Shown piece by piece: positions 31,204-40,383 of a DNA stretch of 40,383 nucleotides. A model generated the notes under the pieces. It was not told the DNA's origin. It worked only from the letters and a program-made list of their open reading frames with translations, and searched no databases. Origin of the DNA: Aduncisulcus paluster (Eukaryota); the NCBI GenBank assembly GCA_024181965.1, contig BQXS01012323.1:1-40383 (forward strand), read 5' to 3'. How positions within the stretch are numbered: position 1 is the first letter of the stretch; each line of letters begins with the position of its first letter. A program made the position numbers and the translations under genes.

Positions 31204-33717
31204 TTATCTTGGACTTAGCATTCTACCTCTATATACACTGACCCTTTCTCCAGCACTTAAACCTCCACCTCTTCGTCTTGTCTTTTCCCGTCTGTCTTCC
31301 ATGCCCTCTCTGCCATCACAAAGCATATCAAGGATTGCATCTCTGCGAGTCCTTGGAGTGTACTTGAATCCAGCACCGCGAGAGGACATCGTTGATCCAG
31401 AGCCACCTCGAATGCTTCCGTATCCTCCTGGAGATACTGATTGGGTTGATGATCTTTGAGCGAATCCAGGACTTGTTCCAACGAGCTGATCGTAACTTGT
31501 TCCTCTGCTTTGGGCATGCGACGAATGAGGGCGAGATGTTTGAGTGAATGCAGCATGTTTGGCTTGAACAAACGATTGTGATGGAGACATCATTCGTGGA
31601 CCATGAGACTGCGCGTATGGAGACTTTGAGAAGAAGGAGGCTGAGGAATGGGTGGTACCCGAACGAGCCATTCTTTGGTAACCATCACTACCAAGACGAG
31701 CACTTGATGATGATGGGCGTTGCATTGAACCGGAAGAAGCCCGTCTCAAACCGAGACTTGCCGAGGATTGACCAACTATGCCTCCTCTTCCAGTCTGTGA
31801 AGATACAGGTGATCTTGCGTGGATATATGGATAACCCATGTTATTACTTGCACTTCCAGGCTGCATCCCTTCTCTACTACTCCCAGCGTAGAGTACACCA
31901 GTCCCATCACCATATCTGCCCGATCTATTCGATCCATCCCGACTTGACCGTCCATCCCGACTTGATGGAGCCAATGGAGGGCGCGGGGAATAGATGAGAG
32001 ATGGAGGCGTGGAAGGGGGATGTGGTGGGGGCACAGGTGATAATGAGCGGTGATGAATAATCCCGTGAGAAGATCCATGATAGCTGGTAGGCCCAGAAAC
32101 CATCCCGTGGCTGGACTCGGGACGAGAGGATGGCCTGGAAGATGATGCTGAATGACGAACAATCCCAACATCAGAAGAATGTCTTTGGGCGAGTTCTTTC
32201 TCCCTCTGTGTCATCGTGATATCTTTTCTCAATTCATATGGGGTGGGGGAATATATCCACCCCGGTTGTGGAGCTTGAACTCCTTGTGTATGCAATCCAT
32301 TTTGTTCTTCCGTATTATCCTGACCTTGTTGGATTGTGTGCTCATCCGGAATAAAACCGGTGGAAGATCCACCAAGTCCAGACGGTGGGCGGACATCAGA
32401 ACCATCACCTGATACATTTTTAACCAGTAGAGAAGCAAACATAAGAACTTTCTCAATATTACGCCGCCTTTCCTCCTCAAGCTCCTTTCTACGTTCTTCA
32501 CGTCGCTTTCTGAGTTTTTCTCCCCTATCAATCACTCTTGAGAATGTCATTGACCTTGAATCTGGTGTCTTTGTCGTTGTTGCATCATATTCTTCCGAGT
32601 ATGAGTCCTCATATGGTTCTTCTATACCATCGGGACGAATTCTTCTCACAGATGAACGATGTCTACTTGATTTCCGGGGGCCTTTTCCGCCAGCGGTGCT
32701 GCGATGGTCTTGAGTATCATCAGTATCATCTTCTTCGTGATGTTTGTCCGATTTCTTCCTTCTTCGGTGTCGATGCTCATGGCCATCACCAGAAGCTTCA
32801 TCATCTCTACTATATTCTTCAGAATGTTCATTATCAGAGGACTTTATAGGCCCACGATTTACATTATCTTTCAAATCTCGCTCTAATTTCTTTCTCCGGC
32901 GTTCCTCCTCTTCTTTTTCTTTACGGATCTGTTGTAATTCTGTTTCAAGTTCGCGTTGTCGTTCAATGGCTTTGGTTAGAGCTTCAACATTTTTCTTCAA
33001 CTCTTCTTCACGTTGTTGCTCCTTTTCTTTCATAGATTCCATCTCCTCAGACATTTTTGAAAATTTCTCCTCATATTCAGCCTTTAAACGTTCTGCTGCA
33101 GCTTGAGCAACTTCTAGTGCTTCCTTTAACTCGTCAGCAAGGGATTCAGCAGCATCAGCACGTTGCTTTTCTTTTTCGACTTCAGAAGATAACTGGATCA
33201 TTTGTTCTTCCATTTCTGCCATTTTCTCTTTTAATTGTTCAAGTTCTTGGGTTAATTTCGTAATTTTAGCCTCCATTTCAGCCCTGACATTTGCCAACTC
33301 TTTTTCATGTTCTTCTTTCATCTTGGCTTTTTCAGCTTCATGTGCCTTATTCAGAGAGGCTATTTCTTCTTTATGTTTCTCTTCTTGATCTTTGATTTCT
33401 TGTTGTAAAGATTCATTTTCTTGCATTAATTCCGCTCTTTTCATACGTTCCTCGTCTAATAATTCATTCGCCTGACCTATTCTTTCTTCTAATTTTGCTT
33501 GGATTTTTTCATGTTCTGCAAGCAATTTTTCACGTTCTTCCTCAACTGCAGCTAATAAATCTTCTTCTGTATAACCTCCTGACACTCCACCAAAAGATAT
33601 TGGTTTAAACGAGTCCCCTAATCGTCTTCGTTGAAATAACTGTTCTCGCAGGGCCAGAATTTCCTTTATAAGGGATTCTCGCTGCCCTATAAGCTCCATG
33701 TTTACCAAAACAAGCAT
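31204..33717 (-). CDS. Coiled-coil protein with a long S/G/R/P-rich disordered C-terminal half
   Basis: 837-aa ORF with a heptad-rich N-half and no recognisable family. Start may be 33717 or 33699. Confidence 0.8.
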   Translation of the reverse strand: MLVLVNMELIGQRESLIKEILALREQLFQRRRLGDSFKPISFGGVSGGYTEEDLLAAVEEEREKLLAEHEKIQAKLEERIGQANELLDEERMKRAELMQENESLQQEIKDQEEKHKEEIASLNKAHEAEKAKMKEEHEKELANVRAEMEAKITKLTQELEQLKEKMAEMEEQMIQLSSEVEKEKQRADAAESLADELKEALEVAQAAAERLKAEYEEKFSKMSEEMESMKEKEQQREEELKKNVEALTKAIERQRELETELQQIRKEKEEEERRRKKLERDLKDNVNRGPIKSSDNEHSEEYSRDDEASGDGHEHRHRRRKKSDKHHEEDDTDDTQDHRSTAGGKGPRKSSRHRSSVRRIRPDGIEEPYEDSYSEEYDATTTKTPDSRSMTFSRVIDRGEKLRKRREERRKELEEERRRNIEKVLMFASLLVKNVSGDGSDVRPPSGLGGSSTGFIPDEHTIQQGQDNTEEQNGLHTQGVQAPQPGWIYSPTPYELRKDITMTQREKELAQRHSSDVGIVRHSASSSRPSSRPESSHGMVSGPTSYHGSSHGIIHHRSLSPVPPPHPPSTPPSLIYSPRPPLAPSSRDGRSSRDGSNRSGRYGDGTGVLYAGSSREGMQPGSASNNMGYPYIHARSPVSSQTGRGGIVGQSSASLGLRRASSGSMQRPSSSSARLGSDGYQRMARSGTTHSSASFFSKSPYAQSHGPRMMSPSQSFVQAKHAAFTQTSRPHSSHAQSRGTSYDQLVGTSPGFAQRSSTQSVSPGGYGSIRGGSGSTMSSRGAGFKYTPRTRRDAILDMLCDGREGMEDRREKTRRRGGGLSAGERVSVYRGRMLSPR

Positions 33718-34008
33718 ATTTTATGATACTTTTTCGTTTTTGAAATTTAGCGTTTATTTTTTCAGAGAAAATCATAAGCAAGATTTAAAAAGAAAAATGT
33801 GAAAGAAGAATATGCATAAAAGAAAAGAAAATAGAGGTAAAAATGACGATTTCCGGTGTTTTGAGTCCAGTCAGGAAATACAACTAATACAAATTTTATA
33901 TAAGTATATCTTCAAAAATTCTTGATTGTTTATTCTTGAATTTTATACCACTTCTTTAGATAGTCTTTTTTTGGAGGTTCAGCCGATTTTGTCATCAACT
34001 CATTCAAA

Positions 34009-36543
34009 ATGGGTAAGAAATCTTCACATAAAAGGGGAAAAAAGTCCGGAAAGGCCCCCAAAGAAAAGGGTCTGAAACGTATGATGCAAATCAGTGAAAA
34101 TTGGGCTGATAAAATTACTGGGTCGATGGACCGTTTTAACGTCTTATGGATGATCATTGGTACCCTGTTTTTCTGGTTTATTGCTATTCAACTGCAAAAT
34201 TATAATCTAACTAAGCCATTTTCTGCTCTGATCCAAACCAGTGCAGAGAGAATTCCCCCTTCCCCACCTAAATATGTAACCCAAGACATTTTTATTCATG
34301 ATTCCCACCTTTATTTTGTGAATTTAGCGGAGAAACTTGAAGAAATAGTGTATGAAAATGGATTTGATTGTTCACATAAAGTTCATTCTATTTCTCCACT
34401 TAATAGTCCTATCTCCCCCCCTAACAATGCCGCTTTTGTTAATCATGAAGCTCTTTTCTTCCGTGTTGGTATTGAGGTTGATGGAGAGTTGAGTTCCATT
34501 CCTTCTGTCACTGTTATCCTCCCCGAGATTTCTGCTTCAAATGCTGATGATTTGAGTGTTCTTGCCATTCAATTGGTCCAACAATCAGTGGAGCAGCTTA
34601 TGGGAGTCAATCCTTTGGGTTTAGTTTTCGTTATTTCAACCTCACATGCTGCCATTCCTGCTATGACCACTTCCATCCAAAAGGTTGGATTCCTCACTAC
34701 TAGATCCGTTATTCTTGAATTCACGGACAGTCAACGTGCTCCCTTATCAGTCTATGATGTTCTTATTTCCGGTTGTGAATACATTGATACCTATCAGGAG
34801 TTCATGGGTTCTAATATTTCTGTTGAAGACTGTTCTCAGGCCCTTTCTATCATTGCCGAGTTATCTGTCAATTCAATGAGTACAACTGTCCGTACCCATG
34901 TTGATACTCTCCCTGCGTACTTCTCCACTCTCCTTCAGTCAGTCTCCTCAAAAGCTCTCTCCTCTGCTTCTTCAATGTCACAGCTATTCTCAGTGCTTGG
35001 AAGAGATTCTCAACTACGCCCTCTTGTCATGAGCACAACTGGTCGAGAAATTAGTCTTAGTCTTGGCGTCAGTGAGTCATACCTGCACAAAACTGGTGAT
35101 TTGCAACATGTGGTGTCTGGGATCGTCAATGGTCTCAGTCCGTTAATGTCTCAGCTGCCAATTGTCTCCACAGCCTTCTCTCGTCAGCTTAACTCTGGTA
35201 TTTTCTTCGATAATGAGAGAATGAGAACTTTGCCTCTTCGTTCAGCTCCTGTCATCTCCAAACCCATATCTTTCGGCTCTGATGGAACTCGTATTATTGG
35301 AATTGGAGTCTCTGTTGTCCTGATTGTAGCTGTGCTTGTGAGTGTTTACACCCCAGGTTCGATCATCTCAAAAGTAATCTCATTCCTCCTTGCTGGAGCA
35401 CTTAAACTCTCAATAATGATCTTTTTGGCTCTGATTATTTCAGTTATCATCATTGCAGGCCTTGTCTGGCTTGGTGTTCGTTCCAACATTATTTCTTCAA
35501 TCTATGCGAGTTCTTCTCTCAGTGTCGTTATGTTGGGTATTGTGATATTCATTGGTGTTATTTTCCTCTTGAGCTCAAAGAGTGACATCATGAGACGATG
35601 CAAGGAAGATGCTCTTGTTGGATTCCTTGATATCTCCGTTGCTTTTCTCCTTATTGTCACAAGCATTGTGGCCAGCCAAACTGTAGCTTTTACTCCTACT
35701 TTTATAAAAGAAAGTGATTTTATGGGCACCTTTGCTGGGTTGGGAGTGTTCATTATCCGTCAGGTTGCCACTGGGTTATCGGCTATTCTTTTTCCTTTGG
35801 CGATTTCCCTATTAATTGGCCGCATGCTTTCTACAATAGCTTGGAAATTCGTTCCATTAATATATAAGGAATTGAAGGTCCCCACAGATAAAAAAGATCA
35901 GATTCGTGAACGTACAGCCCCCGAAAGAGCGAGATATAATGAAGCTTATGCTAATGTCCAGGGAACAATCGAATCGATGCGCGGAATCCTCGTTTGCGCA
36001 ATGATTTGTGTTCATGTTGCACCATTTCGATTAACAATGCGGTTTGTTAGTGTGTTTGGGAGTCATATCGGGGTTGCCTCTGCCATTATTGTGTGTTTTG
36101 CCCTTTATATTCCACTTTGGATCCTTATAATTCCAAAATGTCTCGCAAACCGGACAGAAACGAAAATTATCATCTTCGTAGCCGGTGCTATTTCCATTTT
36201 TGCCGTTTTATTTGCTCTTGCCAGCACAGATAATGCCCATACTAGGACCTTGATGAAAGAGAATGACATTGAGCTTTCTGTTTTCATTGATGATTCAAAT
36301 CCACAAATGTATTATTCCTCCGTTGAATTTAAATGGAAAGAGAAAGAGGTCAAGGATGAAGAGGAGGAAGAAATTGTTCATATCCCAACCAGAATCCGTG
36401 GATACGTCGGAGATCAACTATTTGACGGAAGATTGATTGAAGATCCTGTGAAATTCTATCCCATGAAATCTGAAGAAGAAATCAAATTCAAGGGTTCTAT
36501 TTCATTGAATGGGAAAAGATGTGTGTTTAACGAACATTTATGA
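34009..36543 (+). CDS. Polytopic membrane protein with ERMP1/GPAA1-like topology (degenerate M28-like luminal domain)
   Basis: Basic N-tail, one TM, about 370-aa luminal domain including SNADDLSV..I.L...LVFV, about 8-9 C-terminal TMs and a soluble tail. Confidence 0.55.
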   Translation: MGKKSSHKRGKKSGKAPKEKGLKRMMQISENWADKITGSMDRFNVLWMIIGTLFFWFIAIQLQNYNLTKPFSALIQTSAERIPPSPPKYVTQDIFIHDSHLYFVNLAEKLEEIVYENGFDCSHKVHSISPLNSPISPPNNAAFVNHEALFFRVGIEVDGELSSIPSVTVILPEISASNADDLSVLAIQLVQQSVEQLMGVNPLGLVFVISTSHAAIPAMTTSIQKVGFLTTRSVILEFTDSQRAPLSVYDVLISGCEYIDTYQEFMGSNISVEDCSQALSIIAELSVNSMSTTVRTHVDTLPAYFSTLLQSVSSKALSSASSMSQLFSVLGRDSQLRPLVMSTTGREISLSLGVSESYLHKTGDLQHVVSGIVNGLSPLMSQLPIVSTAFSRQLNSGIFFDNERMRTLPLRSAPVISKPISFGSDGTRIIGIGVSVVLIVAVLVSVYTPGSIISKVISFLLAGALKLSIMIFLALIISVIIIAGLVWLGVRSNIISSIYASSSLSVVMLGIVIFIGVIFLLSSKSDIMRRCKEDALVGFLDISVAFLLIVTSIVASQTVAFTPTFIKESDFMGTFAGLGVFIIRQVATGLSAILFPLAISLLIGRMLSTIAWKFVPLIYKELKVPTDKKDQIRERTAPERARYNEAYANVQGTIESMRGILVCAMICVHVAPFRLTMRFVSVFGSHIGVASAIIVCFALYIPLWILIIPKCLANRTETKIIIFVAGAISIFAVLFALASTDNAHTRTLMKENDIELSVFIDDSNPQMYYSSVEFKWKEKEVKDEEEEEIVHIPTRIRGYVGDQLFDGRLIEDPVKFYPMKSEEEIKFKGSISLNGKRCVFNEHL

Positions 36544-36934
36544 TCTTGAATTTACTTAGTAGAGAAATGTTACAGATAATTCACTATACTGTACTATACT
36601 GAATAGATTATGTATCTGTAAGTATTTGATCCATTCTTTGTGATTATATGAGTTTAAATAGCATACCATAATTGTTTATCTCTATATATATCATAGATAT
36701 TAGCATCTTGGAATCATGAAGAAGATCAATTAGGGTGGAAATAATCAGATAAAATAGTTTATTATAATCTTCAGCTTATGACCCATGCATGTGAATGTAT
36801 CTATAACAATATTGTACCGTGACCCAAGATTCTTATGGAAAAAGAACAAAAGAATTACAGAGCTAGAAATAAATAAATATTAGCTAACATATTATGAGAT
36901 TTAAATTTACAGACGTGCCTTCGAACGTGCATGT

Positions 36935-38870
36935 CTATTGCTTTCTTTGTTCAACGAAAGAATATAACATTTCAATGGATTCCTCGATGCTGCCACTTAA
37001 TCGGAAGAAAGGAATGACAAGACCAATAGCCTCAGAAACACTCTCCCTTACAATCGCCCTATATAGCGATTCAACACGATTCTTGTGGAAAAACTCATCT
37101 TTGGGGAATAAATAAGGTTCTTTGAAAGGAATGCATAACTGATCTTTCCAGAAAATGGATGGAACACCAACTTCTTGGGATTGTTCAGCATCTTTCGAGG
37201 ACTTTCCTTTCTTTTTCTTATCATCTGAAGAACTTTGCTTTTCGGGGGTATCTGAAACTGCACTTTGATCAGCCTCCTCGGATTCAAGCCATGAACAGAA
37301 TTTCTCACCTTCATCGCCATTTAAGGTAACACTGATATCATCAAATGATTCAATGTTGTTCGGAACAAGGTAGTGATGGGAAATATTCTTGCTGAAAAAC
37401 TGCGTTTTGCTTCCTTTCTTGCCATTACTGGCATTTTTCTCACATCTCTTCCTCTCTTCGTCTCTCTCTTCTTTTCTCCTTCTCCTTTGTCCATCGAGAA
37501 GCAAGAGATTTCTGGCAACGAGACAAGGAGTGTCATGCGAATACCTGTACAGTTCAGCTTCTTCAATGAGCACGCTGGCTCCGTTAGCACTAGATTTTCC
37601 CTTGGAAGAAGAGGATTTGCCCCCTTTCCCAGATTTCTTGTCAGATTCATCGCTCTTCACACCCTCTCGTCTCTCTCTCTCTGATAGCTCTTCCACGGAT
37701 ATCCTCATCGAACATGCACATTCGTTCACTCCTTGTTTGGCATAATTCCATATATTGAGAAGACATCAAGTGCGATAATATATTGAACAGAATGGTGAAA
37801 CGCAGGGTCGTAACAGTGTCTTCCGAGACTTTTACAGGTGACGAGATAGCTCTGTTCCTTCTTATACGATCGGAATCATGAGATAATATGGATTTATCAA
37901 GCTGTCCGATTGCACACAATTCGCTAATGGGCCTCTGTCTTTTGTTGTATAAATGTTTAAAGAGATAAGGTCTAATCTTAGAGAGTCGTTTTGGCATGTT
38001 TCTCAATAAGAGGTCATGTTCTTCTTCTCCTTCTTCCTCTTCTTCCTTCCACCCATTCTCCTCTTCCTCCTCTTCCTCCTCTTCCTCCTCCTCTTCTTCT
38101 TCCTCTTCCTCTTCCTCTTCTTCCTCCCTTTCTTGCCATTACTGGCATTTTTCTCACATCTCTTCCTCTCTTCGTCTCTCTCTTCTTTTCTCCTTCTCCT
38201 TTGTCCATCGAGAAGCAAGAGATTTCTGGCAACGAGACAAGGAGTGTCATGCGAATACCTGTACAGTTCAGCTTCTTCAATGAGCACGCTGGCTCCGTTA
38301 GCACTAGATTTTCCCTTGGAAGAAGAGGATTTGCCCCCTTTCCCAGATTTCTTGTCAGATTCATCGCTCTTCACACCCTCTCGTCTCTCTCTCTCTCTGA
38401 TAGCTCTTCCACGGATATCCTCATCGAACATGCACATTCGTTCACTCCTTGTTTGGCATAATTCCATATATTGAGAAGACATCAAGTGCGATAATATATT
38501 GAACAGAATGGTGAAACGCAGGGTCGTAACAGTGTCTTCCGAGACTTTTACAGGTGACGAGATAGCTCTGTTCCTTCTTATACGATCGGAATCATGAGAT
38601 AATATGGATTTATCAAGCTGTCCGATTGCACACAATTCGCTAATGGTCGGAGTCTTTTCATAGAGGTGAGAGTGCAAAGAATAGAAATGAAGAGGCCTCT
38701 GTCTTTTGTTGTATAAATGTTTAAAGAGATAAGGTCTAATCTTAGAGAGTCGTTTTGGCATGTTTCTCAATAAGAGGTCATGTTCTTCTTCTCCTTCTTC
38801 CTCTTCTTCCTTCCACCCATTCTCCTCTTCCTCCTCTTCCTCCTCTTCCTCCTCCTCTTCTTCTTCCTCT

Positions 38871-38902
<32 letters not shown>

Positions 38903-40346
38903 TCTCTCTTCCTCTTCTTCCTTAATAATCTCTTGGACCTCCTCTTCTTCATATCCTTCTCTTCGAAGTTCGTCAAGCCTTGTTTGCTTCCAAAGCATTT
39001 TCTCTTCTTTCTTCTTTTCTTTCTCTTTTCTTCTTTTTTCAAGCTCAGCACTCACAAAGGAATTAATTAGGGCAACGCTGACGGATTGTTGAAGTGGAAG
39101 ACCGACAAACATAACACTCAAGGTCGCAATAGAGAATAGAATGTCTTGGACTCTAACATAACGCGAGAGAGAGGAAGAATTGGCAGGGGATGGAGGTTTT
39201 GAAGATATAGAAGGTTTTTTCATAAACAAACCATGATAATTGTACGGCAATTTCTTCTCTTCTTTCTCTTCTTTCTCTTCTTTCTCTTCTTTCTCTTTGT
39301 AACCTTGAGATTCATCAAGAGATTTCTTTGAATCTTCAACCATACTGTTTGAATCTGTTGATTCTTGATTGTTTGAGGCCGTTTTATCCATCATTTGTGC
39401 TAATCTTGAAGCAGCCCGTACAATGCCAACGGCTTTCTTCAGCTTTTTACCACTTTCGATCGCTCGAAGACCACCTCGCTTCATGACGGACATGGAATGC
39501 TCTGAGAAACTATCATTGAGTGGGATTTTAAGCTCTGCCAAAGGATCTTCAGGCTCTTCTTCTTCTTCTACCTCGTGTTTCCCCTTTCCACCCTTCTTTT
39601 TAGACCCAGCCTCTGGCTTCTTCTTACCTTTTCCTTTGTCATTATGAATATCTCCAATCCACTCTTCCATTTCTCTCGAAGATAGATCCATTCTGAGTTG
39701 TTTGAGGTCATTTCTCCGTGTGGCCCGATCATTTTTCCTCCATTCATGTACAGATGAGGGTGTGAGACTCTCCAACAGTTTAAGGCTCATCAAAGCCCAG
39801 GCTCTTTCGTTGCTTTCTCTTGCACAAAGTCTCAAAGCGGCCAGAACGAGGGGTGAAGGTGAGAGGGAAAGGAAAAGAGGCGATAATGAGTGCTTATTGC
39901 TTTGCAGGAACAGCTCAGTCTCAACACACACACTCACAACCACTCCTCCAACACTCTTCTCAACAGCCCAACGTGGGAGATGGGACAGAGAGAGGGAGAG
40001 AGATGGAAGAACTGAGGAGGAAATGCTTGTGGGAGGCGTTAAGAGTGAGGGGAAGATCAGGGAAGGAGGTTGTTTGGTGTATACAGGCTCTATAAATAGA
40101 CCACCTTGTCCATGCTCGTCACCATTCGAATTTGAATCCTCTTCTTCTCCTTCATGTCCTTCAATTATTGGCAAATCACCCTGCAAACTCAAAGGTTTCT
40201 GTTGGGGACTCATGATTCGCATCCATTCAACACTCTCTCTCTTCTTGTGAGCACGTTCCTCTTTAAGTTTGGCCTGGGCTAGTCTTTCTTTTTCTTTCTC
40301 AGCATCCAATTTTAGCTCTTCAATGCACACTGCGTATTTTGGATCT
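36935..40346 (-). CDS. Large K/E/S-rich hypothetical protein, 5'-incomplete and interrupted by a roughly 0.7-kb duplication
   Basis: ORF 38003-40330 joins ORF 36935-37729 at NASNGKKG if one repeat copy is dropped. There is no ATG before the junction at about 40346. Confidence 0.7.
37413..38891. repeat. Ungapped imperfect tandem duplication (about 714 nt and 764 nt copies)
   Basis: CCTTTCTTGCCATT... occurs at 37413 and 38127. The copies differ by a 48-nt indel and by (CT)6 vs (CT)7. Confidence 0.92.
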
Positions 40347-40383
40347 GCATCTGTAGAAGAGCGTGAAAGTGGTCATATCGTTC
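40347..40383. repeat. 37-nt exact copy of 22013-22049 at the window end
   Basis: GCATCTGTAGAAGAGCGTGAAAGTGGTCATATCGTTC is present at both places in the same orientation. Confidence 0.93.

Noticed and set aside
36716-36750. ATGAAGA + guide-like ATTAGGGTGGAAATAAT + CAGA
   Set aside because: The match to LSU AUUGUUCACCCACUAAU needs several gaps and there is no terminal D box.
38647-38694. 48-nt indel as a retained intron
   Set aside because: No GT-AG or AT-AC boundaries on the coding strand.

Overview
This is a gene-dense, AT-rich, intron-poor eukaryotic (protist) scaffold, not prokaryotic DNA. Compact intergenic spaces, rare short GTATGT...TAG introns and S/E/K-rich proteins suggest a metamonad such as a free-living fornicate (inference only). 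About 19 protein genes are present. Recognisable ones: RING-less double B-box protein, guanylate kinase, Pch2/TRIP13 (intron), DOC+BTB protein, NTF2 (intron), PDI-like thioredoxin, kexin-like S8 protease, DNAJC21/Jjj1 (intron plus frameshift), C2HC zinc-finger protein, SRP68, chromodomain protein, PHO80-type cyclin and an M28-like polytopic membrane protein. Several coiled-coil or low-complexity hypotheticals make up the rest. Six genes are broken by local tandem duplications, three across 20-N gaps and three ungapped, most likely assembly or haplotype artefacts. Signals not explained by the ORF track: (1) an intergenic snoRNA cluster at about 7.38-7.68 kb with U18-like and U29/snR71-like C/D guides plus a possible H/ACA hairpin; (2) a solitary C/D candidate at about 31.1 kb; (3) an orphan, start-less dynein-heavy-chain C-terminal-like fragment at about 12.0-12.6 kb; (4) recurrent back-to-back short palindromes in intergenic DNA. 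All family and rRNA comparisons are from memory; no database search was run.
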